Origin: Gammaproteobacteria bacterium
Lineage (GTDB): Bacteria > Pseudomonadota > Gammaproteobacteria > CBDBNL01 > JAAOII01
Direction: 5' to 3'
Length of the DNA stretch: 64,000 nt
Assembly (NCBI GenBank): GCA_965209035.1
Contig: OZ242372.1
Coordinates: 1,280,001 to 1,344,000 of the forward strand
Below the pieces are notes generated by a model that ran no database searches, was not told where the DNA came from, and saw only the letters and a list, made by a program, of their open reading frames with translations. A program made the position numbers and the translations under genes. Numbering within the stretch: position 1 is the first letter of the stretch; every line of letters starts with the position of its first letter. Shown here in pieces: positions 37,652-47,734 of this stretch.

Positions 37652-40018
37652 ATGCATCCCATTAACTTTTTATCTGCTCGGCTGGTGCGAGGAACACGCG
37701 GCCGACAGTCACGCCCGGCATTTACCCGGGGCCTTAATCATTTTCCAAATACTTTGATGTCGTTTACCGGGCGGGTTAGATTGCCGCTAACACGGGCATC
37801 CGATGCCAGCCGGCGGCTGAATCGACTGCCTCGTTTGCCTCGTTTGGTGTGTGCTGTTCTGCCGGCATGCATCTTCGGCTTGCTTCTTGCCGGTTGTGGC
37901 GGGGGGGGGGGCGGCAATGGTGGTGGCGCTCCCGCTCCTGCGGCGAGCCCATCTGTTTCCGATATCGAGTTTGCGGCGGGGGGTACAAACACGAGTTTGA
38001 TTGTCTCCTGGACGAACCCGGATCAACCAAGTATTACCGGCTTTAATGTGACTTGGCAGAATATCGCAGTTCCGGCTGACAAGGGCGTCCGGGAATTGAC
38101 AGCGGCGGATGTTAATGTCTCGGCCGGTGCGCGCGTGGTTGAAACCATTACGGGTTTGATGCACAATGCTACTTACCATCTTACGATTGTGACGATCTAT
38201 ACGGGTGGTCGCTCGGCATCGGCTGTGCCGGCTGATCCGGCCAGGACCGGGTCTGCGGGAAGGACTCCGTCGGGAGACCTTGACAGAGACGGAGTTCCGA
38301 ATGCGGATGACAACTGCCCGCAGACACCCAATGCGGATCAAACCAACACGGACATGCATTCTACTGACGGCGGTGATGCCTGCGATGATGACGATGACAA
38401 TGATGGCGTGAAGGATCTTGCGGATACCTGTGCGCGCAACGCGATAGGCTGGACTTCCGATGCGACAACGGACAATGATGGTGACGGCTGTCGCGATGCC
38501 GATGAGGATTTGGACGATGACAATGACGGTGTGGGGGATGGTTCGGACAACTGTCCGCTGACAGCCAATGCGGATCAAACCAACACGGACATGCATTCTA
38601 CTGACGGCGGTGATGCCTGCGACCCGGACGATGACAATGACGGTTTTCCGGACATAGCCAACGCGACGATGGCCGCGGATGTGGATGACAATCATAACGG
38701 TCTCATAGAAATCCGCACTTTGGATGACTTGGCACGGTTGCGCGATGACCTAAATGGCAACGGGGCGGATGATGGCCGGTTCGGTGAGATTACCTCTGTC
38801 GGATCTACGGGCTGTCCCGCCGGCGGCTGCCAGGGTTACGAATTAACCCGTTCGTTGAATTTTAGCGATGCGGCTTCCTATGTCATGGGTAGCGGTGGCA
38901 GCGGCAATCGGACTGTTTGGACGGATCGCAACGGTAGCGGTTGGATGCCGATCGGATCCTGTTCCGCTTTGGATGTTTGCACCGCTTATGCGGGCGTGTT
39001 TGATGGCGGGGGTCATACTATTGCCGATCTGTTTATCGCTGCGAGTAATACTATGCATGGAGTGGGCTTGTTTGGTGCGTTCGCCGGTCGTCTTCAAAAC
39101 CTGCATCTTCGGAATGCGACTGTCCGTGGTGGTGTCGGTAATGTGGGGCTGTTGGTAGGTCATGGCAGTCTCGTTGATGAGAATGGGCGCTTTACCGGGC
39201 GTACCTATTATGAAAATCTGTCGGTTACGGATGGCAGTGTGGTGGGTCCGTCCGTTTTCAGTGAAAGAGTGGGCGGGCTGATTGGGAATGGCGGGAATGC
39301 TAAAATTCGCTATGCCGGTGTATCCGGCGTCAAAGTTTTCGGCAGGGCGTTTGCGACTGGCGGACTGATTGGGTATGGTGAGCGTGCTGAAATTCGCTAT
39401 GCTACTGTGTCCGGCGTAGATATAGATTTTTCCGATGGAGGTAACGGTGGCGGACTGGTGGGGTTCGGTAATAGTGCTAATATTCGTTATGCTACTGTGT
39501 TCGGCGGAAGTGTTGCCGGAACCGGTCAACAAAATGTTGGCGGGCTGGTTGGCATCGGCTCGGGGTCTGTGATTGACTATGCCTATGTGTCCGACGTCAA
39601 TGTTTCCGGGGATTTCGCGGTTGGCGGACTAATTGGGGATGGGACTTTGGCTCAAATTTCTTATTCTTATGCCACCGCCGCCGTGACTAATTCAAAGTTC
39701 TCCGGCGGCGGCTTGATCGAACTTGCCGATACTCCCCCCGTCATCAGCGCTTCCTATTGGGATACTCAAGTCAGCGGGCTGTTAACCAGTGCCGGCGGTG
39801 TGGGCTACAACACGACAGACTTACAATCGCCGACCAACTTCACGGGGGCGGATAATATCTATGCGGCCTGGGGCAATGCTTGGTGCAACCCGAACACCGG
39901 TGCGGAAAGCGCCACCGAGTTGCCCACCCCCTTCGTCCGTGTCTGGGATCTCGGCAACAGCACACAATACCCGGCTCTGAATTGCCTGCCCGGCGGCCTC
40001 TCGGCTCAAGGCAGGTAG
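37652..40018 (+). CDS. GLUG-repeat surface lipoprotein 5 (FN3-like + TSP3 repeats)
   Basis: Start set at MHPINFL by homology to 40127; lipobox LLAGC; DRDGVPNADDNCP..NADQTNTD TSP3-type repeats. Confidence 0.85.
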   Translation: MHPINFLSARLVRGTRGRQSRPAFTRGLNHFPNTLMSFTGRVRLPLTRASDASRRLNRLPRLPRLVCAVLPACIFGLLLAGCGGGGGGNGGGAPAPAASPSVSDIEFAAGGTNTSLIVSWTNPDQPSITGFNVTWQNIAVPADKGVRELTAADVNVSAGARVVETITGLMHNATYHLTIVTIYTGGRSASAVPADPARTGSAGRTPSGDLDRDGVPNADDNCPQTPNADQTNTDMHSTDGGDACDDDDDNDGVKDLADTCARNAIGWTSDATTDNDGDGCRDADEDLDDDNDGVGDGSDNCPLTANADQTNTDMHSTDGGDACDPDDDNDGFPDIANATMAADVDDNHNGLIEIRTLDDLARLRDDLNGNGADDGRFGEITSVGSTGCPAGGCQGYELTRSLNFSDAASYVMGSGGSGNRTVWTDRNGSGWMPIGSCSALDVCTAYAGVFDGGGHTIADLFIAASNTMHGVGLFGAFAGRLQNLHLRNATVRGGVGNVGLLVGHGSLVDENGRFTGRTYYENLSVTDGSVVGPSVFSERVGGLIGNGGNAKIRYAGVSGVKVFGRAFATGGLIGYGERAEIRYATVSGVDIDFSDGGNGGGLVGFGNSANIRYATVFGGSVAGTGQQNVGGLVGIGSGSVIDYAYVSDVNVSGDFAVGGLIGDGTLAQISYSYATAAVTNSKFSGGGLIELADTPPVISASYWDTQVSGLLTSAGGVGYNTTDLQSPTNFTGADNIYAAWGNAWCNPNTGAESATELPTPFVRVWDLGNSTQYPALNCLPGGLSAQGR

Positions 40019-40126
40019 GCAGGGCAGATAGCACGGTGTTGCACCAGTTACCGGAATTTAGGCTTTCTTTTTTAATGCTATTTATCGGACAGGTTATATT
40101 GTCACTAATATATAGGACAAGTCACG

Positions 40127-42553
40127 ATGAATCCCATTAACTTTTTACCCGCTCGGTCGGTGGGCGGGACACGCGGCCGACAGTCACGCCCGGCACTCGC
40201 ACAGGGCTTCAATAATAATGATGATGTTCCGAATACCTTGATGTTGTCGTTTGCCGGGCGGGTTATATTGCCACTAACGGCAGCCTTTTTTAATGCCAGC
40301 CGGCGGCTGAATCGGCTGCCTCGTTTGCCTCGGCTGGTTCGTTGGACTCGTTTAATGTGCGCCGTTCTGCCGGCATGCATCTTCGGCTTGCTTCTTGCCG
40401 GTTGTGGCGGTGGTGGCGCTCCCGCTCCTGCGGTGAGCCTATCTGTTTCCGATATCGAGTTTGCGGCGGGGGGTACGAACACGAGTTTGATTGTCTCCTG
40501 GACGAACCCGGATCAACCAAGTATTACCGGCTTTAATGTGACTTGGCAGAATATCGCAGTTCCGGCTGACAAGGGCGTCCGGGAATTGACAGCGGCGGAT
40601 GTTGGTGTGAATGTCTCGGCGGCGGCGCGCGTGCTTGTCACTCTTGAGGGTCTGCGGCCGAATGCCGCCTACAACCTGGCGATTGTGGTGATCTATATGG
40701 GTGGTCGCTCGGCATCGGCTGCGCCGGCTGATCCGGCCAGGACCGGGTCTGCGGGAATGACTCCGTCGGGAGACCTTGACAGAGACGGAGTTCCGAATGC
40801 GGATGACAACTGCCCGCTGATACCCAATGCGGATCAAACCAACACGGACATGCATTCTACTGACGGCGGTGATGCCTGCGATGATGACGATGACAATGAC
40901 GATGTCCCGGATGCAACGGATGCGTTTCGTCTGGATGCCTGTGCGAGCATCGACACGGATAAGGACGGAAAACCGGATATGCTAGTTGCCATTTGCACCA
41001 TCGCTGACACCGCCTTAATAGAGGATTTGGACGATGACAATGACGGCGTGGGGGATGGCCCGGACAACTGCCCGCTGGTAGCCAATGCGGATCAAACCAA
41101 CACGGACAGGAACGCAACTGACGGCGGTGATGCCTGCGACCCGGACGATGACAATGACGGTTTTCCGGATATAGCCAATGCGACGACAGCGGCGGATGTG
41201 GATGACAATCATAATGGTCTCATAGAAATTCGTAGTTTGGATGACTTGGCACGGTTGCGCGATGACCTAAATGGCAACGGGGCGGATGATGGCAATATTG
41301 ACGAGATTATTGCTGTGGGATCTACGGGCTGTCCCGCCGGCGGCTGCCAGGGTTACGAATTAACGCGCTCGTTGAATTTTAGTGATGCGGCTTCCTATGT
41401 CACGGGTGGCAGCGGCAATCGGACTGTTTGGACGGATCGCAACGGTAGCGGCTGGACGCCGATCGGATCCTGTTCCGCTTTGGATGTTTGCACCGCTTGG
41501 ACGGCTGTGTTTGATGGCGGGAATCATACGATTGCCGATCTGTTTGTCTCTGCGAGTAATACTACGCATGGAGTGGGTTTGTTTGGTGCGTTCACCGGTC
41601 GTCTTCAAAACCTGCATCTCCGAAATGCGACTGTCCGTGGTGGTGCCAGTGATGTGGGGCTGCTGGTAGGCTATAGCAGTCTCATTGAGGAGCTGGGGGT
41701 CTTTGGCGGGCATACCTATTATGAGAATCTGTCGGTTACGGGTGGCAGTGTGGTTACGGGTAGCAGTTTCATGGGTGCGGCCATCACCGTCGGCAGAGTC
41801 GGCGGGCTGATTGGGTATGGTGGGAATGCTAAAATTCGCTATGCGGGTGTATCCGGCGTCAATATTTCCGCCGAGAGGAATGATGTTGGCGGCCTGGTTG
41901 GGGATGGTCAGCGTGCTGAAATTCGCTATGCTACTGTGTCCGGCGTAGAGGTTTCCACCGGGGAGGAGGGCACTCGTGTGGGCGGTCTGGTTGGGTTCGG
42001 TGGTCGTGCTAATATTCGCTATGCTTATGCATCCGGCGGAAGGGTCGACGGTGAAAATCTTATTGGCGGCCTGGTTGGGAGTGCTCAGTCTGCTGAAATT
42101 CGCTATGCCTATGTGTCCGACGTCAATGTTTCCGCGAGATTTAATGCTGGCGGACTGGTTGGGATTGGGGATAGTGCTATAATTTCTTATTCTTATACCG
42201 CCACCGTGGTTAATTCATTGTTCTCTGATGACGGCTTGATCGGTTCTGTCGTCCTAGGGACAGGGACAACGTACACCGTCACCGATTCTTATTGGGATAC
42301 TCAAGTCAGCGGGCGGTTAACCGGTATCGGCGGTGTGGGTTACAACACGACAGACTTACAATCGCCGACCAACTTCACAGGGGCGGATAATATCTATGCG
42401 GCATGGGGCAATGCCTGGTGCAACCCGAACACCGGTGCGGAGAGTTCCACCGAGTTGTCCGCCCCCTTCGTCCGTGTCTGGGATCTCGGCAACAGCACAC
42501 AATACCCGGCTCTGAATTGCCTGCCCGGCGGCCTCTCGGCGCAAGGAAGGTAA
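40127..42553 (+). CDS. GLUG-repeat surface lipoprotein 6
   Basis: Close paralog of lipoprotein 5 with a diverged GLUG core. Confidence 0.85.
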   Translation: MNPINFLPARSVGGTRGRQSRPALAQGFNNNDDVPNTLMLSFAGRVILPLTAAFFNASRRLNRLPRLPRLVRWTRLMCAVLPACIFGLLLAGCGGGGAPAPAVSLSVSDIEFAAGGTNTSLIVSWTNPDQPSITGFNVTWQNIAVPADKGVRELTAADVGVNVSAAARVLVTLEGLRPNAAYNLAIVVIYMGGRSASAAPADPARTGSAGMTPSGDLDRDGVPNADDNCPLIPNADQTNTDMHSTDGGDACDDDDDNDDVPDATDAFRLDACASIDTDKDGKPDMLVAICTIADTALIEDLDDDNDGVGDGPDNCPLVANADQTNTDRNATDGGDACDPDDDNDGFPDIANATTAADVDDNHNGLIEIRSLDDLARLRDDLNGNGADDGNIDEIIAVGSTGCPAGGCQGYELTRSLNFSDAASYVTGGSGNRTVWTDRNGSGWTPIGSCSALDVCTAWTAVFDGGNHTIADLFVSASNTTHGVGLFGAFTGRLQNLHLRNATVRGGASDVGLLVGYSSLIEELGVFGGHTYYENLSVTGGSVVTGSSFMGAAITVGRVGGLIGYGGNAKIRYAGVSGVNISAERNDVGGLVGDGQRAEIRYATVSGVEVSTGEEGTRVGGLVGFGGRANIRYAYASGGRVDGENLIGGLVGSAQSAEIRYAYVSDVNVSARFNAGGLVGIGDSAIISYSYTATVVNSLFSDDGLIGSVVLGTGTTYTVTDSYWDTQVSGRLTGIGGVGYNTTDLQSPTNFTGADNIYAAWGNAWCNPNTGAESSTELSAPFVRVWDLGNSTQYPALNCLPGGLSAQGR

Positions 42554-42866
42554 GGCAGGCAGAGCAGATGGAGAGCGCGCAGGTAAAAGGGAAGCCGGGG
42601 CTGCCGGGCAACCGACAGAGCGACCGGGGCAGGGCAGGACAAGACCGATCAGCAGACATCGCCTGCCGGGGAAGGGAGAGTCGCAAGGGTCGCAACCTCG
42701 CCAGATTGTGCTCACTGCCCGTGTCATCCGCTTTTTCGGATAGGAACAACTCTCGCCGGTTAGGCTCGGACAAAAAACGAAATACACAAAAATCAATTTT
42801 TATTTGTATAATAACCGGATAAACATAAAATTATTAGTAAACTTTAAAACTTAACAAAACAAAAAA

Positions 42867-43955
42867 ATGATGAAAAAAATTACAAAAATACTCTTGGTCC
42901 CTCTGTTGCTTATCGGTGTCGTTTTCGGTGCCGGCGTTGCGACGGCTGCGGACTTTTCCGGAAAGACCATTGAATGGATCATTCCCTTTAAGGAAGGAGG
43001 AGGCTCGGACAAGTGGTCGCGCTATTATGCTCCCCTGCTTGCCAAGCATCTTCCCGGCAATCCGAATGTGGTTGTCAAAAATGTCCCGGGCGGCGGTTCA
43101 ACAACCGGCACCAATCAGTTTGCCCTGCGTGCCAAGCCGGACGGACTGACCATCCTCGGCACATCCGGCTCCACCCAATTCCCCTTCCTGTTGGAAGACA
43201 AACGGGTGAGATATGACTATGCCGATTGGACCACGGTTCTCGGCACCCCGACGGGCGGCGTTGTTTATGTTTCTCCCAAACTGGGTGTGACTTCCGCGGA
43301 CGATATTGCCAACCTGAAAGGACAATCCATGATTTATGCCAGCCAGGGTGCAACTTCGTTGGACCTCATCCCGCTTTTGGCGTTTGAACTTCTGGGTTTG
43401 GATGTCAAGGCCGTTTTTGGCTTTAAAGGGCGCGGCGCCGGTCGTTTGGCATTTGAAAGAGGCGAGGTGAATATTGATTACCAGACCACTTCGGCATATC
43501 TCAAGAATGTTGCTCCTGCGATGGTGAAGGAAGGCAAGGCAATTCCTCTGTTTGCTTGGGGCATTCTGGATGCCGGAGGCAACTTGGCAAGAGACCCCAC
43601 CTTCCCGAATCTTCCCCATTTTGGCGAAGTCTATCAGAAGGTGCACGGCAAGAAACCGTCCGGCACGGAATTTTCGGCTTGGAAGGCTTTCTTTGCCGCC
43701 GGCTTCCCCGCCCAGAAGATGGTCTTTCTGCCCAAAGGATCTTCGCGCGATCTGGTGCGCACCTATCGCAAGGCATTTGCGGACATAGTTGCTTCGCCCG
43801 AATTTAAAGCGACGAGTCAAAAACTCTTGGGTGTGTATCCTCAGGCAACCGGTCGGGGTGCCGAAAAACTCAAGAAGATTGCCACCAGCGTAGACGAAAA
43901 ATCCAAAGCGTGGATTCAAAATTGGCTGCGTGAAAAATACGGGTTCACCGGGTAG
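42867..43955 (+). CDS. tctC: Tripartite tricarboxylate transporter substrate-binding protein
   Basis: Signal peptide, IIPFKEGGGSD, NVPGGGS, AKPDGLT. Confidence 0.85.
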   Translation: MMKKITKILLVPLLLIGVVFGAGVATAADFSGKTIEWIIPFKEGGGSDKWSRYYAPLLAKHLPGNPNVVVKNVPGGGSTTGTNQFALRAKPDGLTILGTSGSTQFPFLLEDKRVRYDYADWTTVLGTPTGGVVYVSPKLGVTSADDIANLKGQSMIYASQGATSLDLIPLLAFELLGLDVKAVFGFKGRGAGRLAFERGEVNIDYQTTSAYLKNVAPAMVKEGKAIPLFAWGILDAGGNLARDPTFPNLPHFGEVYQKVHGKKPSGTEFSAWKAFFAAGFPAQKMVFLPKGSSRDLVRTYRKAFADIVASPEFKATSQKLLGVYPQATGRGAEKLKKIATSVDEKSKAWIQNWLREKYGFTG

Positions 43956-43997
43956 TCCCGGGTAGCCTCACCGTATTCGGTTGAAGAAATGCCGTCA

Positions 43998-44042
43998 AAA
44001 GTGTCGCCCGCGGGTGGCACGGTTGGCGGCACTTCTTTTTTA
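43998..44042 (+). terminator. Probable intrinsic terminator after tctC
   Basis: aagtgtcgcc...ggcggcactt stem followed by a T run. Confidence 0.55.
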
Positions 44043-44115
44043 CCGACAAACGATAACACCAAGTAAGTTAAACACATAGCCGTTACGCACAAGGCAACCG
44101 GCGATTTGGGATTCC

Positions 44116-46149
44116 ATGGAAGCACTTAACGCTTTTTTTGCGGCGTTTCTGACGCTCACAACCACACATCACTTCCCGTATTTAATCGGCGGTGTGCTGT
44201 TGGGGATGAGTATCGGCGTTCTGCCCGGTTTGGGCGGCATCGTCGGCTTTTCCATCATGCTTCCGTTTCTTTACGGTATGGAGCCGGTCAGTGCCCTGGC
44301 CTTGCTCATCGGTTTGGTGGCGGTCATCCCGACATCCGATACCTTCGCTTCGGTGTTGCTGGGTATTCCGGGTTCCAGTTCGTCTCAGGCCACCGTGCTG
44401 GATGGTTTTTCTCTTGCCAAAAAGGGACAGGCGGCGCGCGCGCTGGGCAGTGCTTTTTCCGCTTCTTTGCTGGGCGGTCTATATGGTGCCGCCATCTTGA
44501 CCGTGTTTATCCTGTTTGCCCGGCCGCTCATTCTGTTATTTGGTTCCGCGGAGTTATTCATGCTTGGTGTCCTGGGGGTCAGCATGGTCGGAGTGCTCAG
44601 CGGCAAAAGTATCTTTAAAGGATTGGCGGCATGCTGCTTGGGGCTGGCACTGGGCAGCCTGGGCAATGCGCCGGCGACCGGCGAATGGCGGCTGGCGTTT
44701 GACAGTGCCTATCTGTATGACGGGATTAAACTGGTCATCGTCGGCTTGGCGGCCTTCGCCCTGCCGGAAGTGATTGACCTGCTGCGCAAGAATCAAGCCA
44801 TTTCCTCGTCTTCTTTGCTCGGCTCCGGTTGGCTCAAAGGAATTAAAGATACCTGGCTTTACAAATGGCTGGTGTTACGCTGCGCCACTTTGGGAGTCCT
44901 TGTCGGCGCTCTGCCCGGGCTGGGCGGCAGTGTGGTGGATTGGATTGCCTACGGGCATGTGGTTCAAACGGCGCGCGATAAGTCGCAGTTCGGCAAGGGA
45001 GACATTCGCGGCGTCATAGCGCCGGAGTCGGCCAACAATGCCAAAGAGGGCGGCGGCTTAATTCCCACACTGCTTTTTGCCATCCCCGGCAGCGGGAGCA
45101 TGGCGGTATTTCTCGGCGGGCTGACAATCCTTGGCATAGAAGCGGGCCCCACGATGGTGCAACAAAATTTGGACTTGACCTACATTATTGTTTGGTCGCT
45201 GGCAATTGCCAATGTTATCGGCACTGTTTTATGTATCGGCTTGTCGTCTCCTTTGTCCCGTCTGACAACCATTCCTTACGGTTATCTTGCGCCGTTCCTT
45301 TTAATGATCATCTCGTTTGCCGCCTTTCAGGCGACCAAGAGTTTCTGGGACCTGTTTGCTTTGTTGATGCTCGGCACTTTTTGTATGTATATGAAGCGGT
45401 TTGATTGGCCCAGACCTGCCTTGCTGATAGGCTTTGTTCTGGCGGATACGCTGGAAACCTATCTTTATCAGGCGGTTCAGTTTTACGGCTGGGGTTTTTT
45501 GGCAAGACCCGGCGTGCTGATTATTGGAGCCTTTACAGTGTTTTCCGTGTTGGCGGGCAGTATGTCCCTCCGCAAAAGAGTGCATGCCAAGGTCGGCGGC
45601 GGTAAAAATAATAAGAGGAAGCAAGCCGGAAGCATCTTTCATTTTCGCATGGCCCCGGACCGAAGTTGGCTGCGCCCCGAAGTGTTGTTTGTCGGTTTTG
45701 TTCTTGTACTCTTTCTGATCGCTCTCACGGATGCGTTGCAGCATTCGTTCCTGGGGGCGATCTTCCCCGCGATGGTCTCTTCTATCGGCTTGATCGCGGG
45801 TGTTATGTTGCTTTTGTCTTTGCTGTTTGTGCCCAAACGCGTCGGCGCCGACAGCGAAGTCCAAATGCGAAACGCGGGCGATGCCAACTACGACAGGTTT
45901 GGCGCCTACAAGGCGATCGGTTGGATTTACGCCCTGGTGCTGCTGACCTACATATTCGGTTTCTTTTTGGCGATGACGATGATCTTTCTCGCACTCCTTG
46001 GCACCAAGGTGCGAGCGCACCCGCTGTTTCGCCTTGCGGTGATCCTGTTGGGAATGGGCGGCGTTACCACCCTGGCATACTTTATGAATCTGGACTTTCC
46101 TTACGGCCTGCTGCAGGATGCGATAGAGTTGCCCTGGCCCTTGGGATAA
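44116..46149 (+). CDS. tctA: Tripartite tricarboxylate transporter permease TctA with C-terminal TctB-like extension
   Basis: IGVLPGLGG, LLGIPG, GVIAPESANNA; 677 aa with extra TM helices after residue ~510. Confidence 0.85.
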   Translation: MEALNAFFAAFLTLTTTHHFPYLIGGVLLGMSIGVLPGLGGIVGFSIMLPFLYGMEPVSALALLIGLVAVIPTSDTFASVLLGIPGSSSSQATVLDGFSLAKKGQAARALGSAFSASLLGGLYGAAILTVFILFARPLILLFGSAELFMLGVLGVSMVGVLSGKSIFKGLAACCLGLALGSLGNAPATGEWRLAFDSAYLYDGIKLVIVGLAAFALPEVIDLLRKNQAISSSSLLGSGWLKGIKDTWLYKWLVLRCATLGVLVGALPGLGGSVVDWIAYGHVVQTARDKSQFGKGDIRGVIAPESANNAKEGGGLIPTLLFAIPGSGSMAVFLGGLTILGIEAGPTMVQQNLDLTYIIVWSLAIANVIGTVLCIGLSSPLSRLTTIPYGYLAPFLLMIISFAAFQATKSFWDLFALLMLGTFCMYMKRFDWPRPALLIGFVLADTLETYLYQAVQFYGWGFLARPGVLIIGAFTVFSVLAGSMSLRKRVHAKVGGGKNNKRKQAGSIFHFRMAPDRSWLRPEVLFVGFVLVLFLIALTDALQHSFLGAIFPAMVSSIGLIAGVMLLLSLLFVPKRVGADSEVQMRNAGDANYDRFGAYKAIGWIYALVLLTYIFGFFLAMTMIFLALLGTKVRAHPLFRLAVILLGMGGVTTLAYFMNLDFPYGLLQDAIELPWPLG

Positions 46150-46236
46150 TGTTGGCATTGGTTTGGCAGAATTAAGCATTAAACAAACATTAAAAATTAA
46201 ACATTAAACATTAAAAACGAACAGCGAAAAAATGAA

Positions 46237-47307
46237 ATGACAACACAATTTGTAGACTGCTATTTGATGCGCGGCGGCACCTCGCGCGGCGCTTATTTTC
46301 AAAAAAAAGACCTGCCGGCGGATCCCTCTTTGCGGGACAAGATACTGCTCAGAGTCATGGGCTCGCCGGACCCCCGTCAGATAGACGGACTGGGCGGCGG
46401 GAGTATGCTCACCAGCAAGGTGGCTCTGGTGGAACCTTCCGCGCGCGCCGGCACAGACCTGGATTATACCTTCTCGCAAGTTTATGTGGACAGGGCAAAG
46501 GTGGACAGTTCGCCGACCTGCGGCAACATACTGACCGCCGTCGGTTGCTTCGGTATTGAATGCGGCCTGGTGCCGGTACAGGGGGCCGAGACCGCGGTGA
46601 CCGTTTACGATGTCAATACCGGATACACGGTCCGTCAAGTTATTCAAACGCCGGACGGCGGGGTGAGTTACGCAGGCGAGCATGCGATTGCCGGCGTGCC
46701 CGGCAGGGCTGCGCCGATTGCAATGTCCTTCCGCGGCATTGCCGGGGCAAAAACGGGCAAGGTGTTCCCGACCGGCAACAGAACGGATCGGATTGACGGC
46801 ATTGCCGTTTCTTGCATTGATGTTGCCATGCCGACGATCTTCTTGCGGGCCGAGGACTGGGGAGTTGATGGCTATGAAACCAAAAAAGAATTGGACGAAC
46901 ATCCGCACCTGATAGCGAGGCTTTTGGAGTTTCGTAAAAAAGCGGCGGCACGGATGGGCATGGGAGATGTCGGCGAGAGTGTCATTCCCAAAATTGCCCT
47001 GATCGCCGCGCCGCGCGCCGGCGGTCATCTTTGCGGCAGATACTTTACTCCCTTTCAATGTCACGATGCCTTTGCCCTCTCCGCCGGGTTTGGTGCGGCC
47101 GCGGGCAGTCTGTTTGAAGGGACGCTGCTGTCCGAGATGGCGACCTTGCCCGACGCCGATAAAAAAGTGGCAACCGAATGCCGGTTTTTGCTGGAGCATC
47201 CTGCCGGTAAAATGGAAATCGGCGTTCGGGTTAAGGACGAGAAGACCATCGAAACCCAACTTGTCCGCACCGCACGCTTGCTGATGCGCGGTCAGGTGGC
47301 TGTTTAA
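46237..47307 (+). CDS. PrpF/GalD (4-oxalomesaconate tautomerase-like) isomerase
   Basis: MRGGTSRG, GSPDPRQIDGLGG..LTSKVA, CGN, HPAG, RTARLLMRG. Confidence 0.88.
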   Translation: MTTQFVDCYLMRGGTSRGAYFQKKDLPADPSLRDKILLRVMGSPDPRQIDGLGGGSMLTSKVALVEPSARAGTDLDYTFSQVYVDRAKVDSSPTCGNILTAVGCFGIECGLVPVQGAETAVTVYDVNTGYTVRQVIQTPDGGVSYAGEHAIAGVPGRAAPIAMSFRGIAGAKTGKVFPTGNRTDRIDGIAVSCIDVAMPTIFLRAEDWGVDGYETKKELDEHPHLIARLLEFRKKAAARMGMGDVGESVIPKIALIAAPRAGGHLCGRYFTPFQCHDAFALSAGFGAAAGSLFEGTLLSEMATLPDADKKVATECRFLLEHPAGKMEIGVRVKDEKTIETQLVRTARLLMRGQVAV

Positions 47308-47532
47308 TTGTTGGGCCCGGTTGCCTTGCCTAGTTACTTTGTTTGGCTGTTCGGTCCGGCCGCTTGCCTAGTCTTTTGCCTAGTCTCTTGCCTAGACGCC
47401 TTGTCCGGCTGTTGGGACCAGCCGCCCTGTCAAGACGCCTTGTCCGGCTGTTGGGCCAAACCGCTCTGTCAGGTTGCCGGGTATGAATATCTTTAAACTC
47501 TTCCTTTAAGTAAAGTAAGTAGGAGAGCGCGC

Positions 47533-47724
47533 ATGCGAGTTCTGGTTGTCGGTAGCGGGAACGCGGCCCTTTGTGCCGCGTTGGCCGCAGCCGAGCGGGG
47601 GGCGGAAGTTACTGTGCTGGAAAGTGCCCCCGAGAAGGAGTTTGGCGGCAACAGTCGCTATACGGCCGGTGCCTTGCGTTTTGCTTACGAGAGCCGGGAA
47701 GATGTCTTGGACATACTCAACTAA
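47533..47724 (+). pseudogene. Duplicated 63-codon 5' fragment of the downstream flavoprotein gene
   Basis: 202-bp-period direct repeat of 47735-47923, ending in TAA. Confidence 0.85.
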
Positions 47725-47734
47725 TAGAGCGCGA

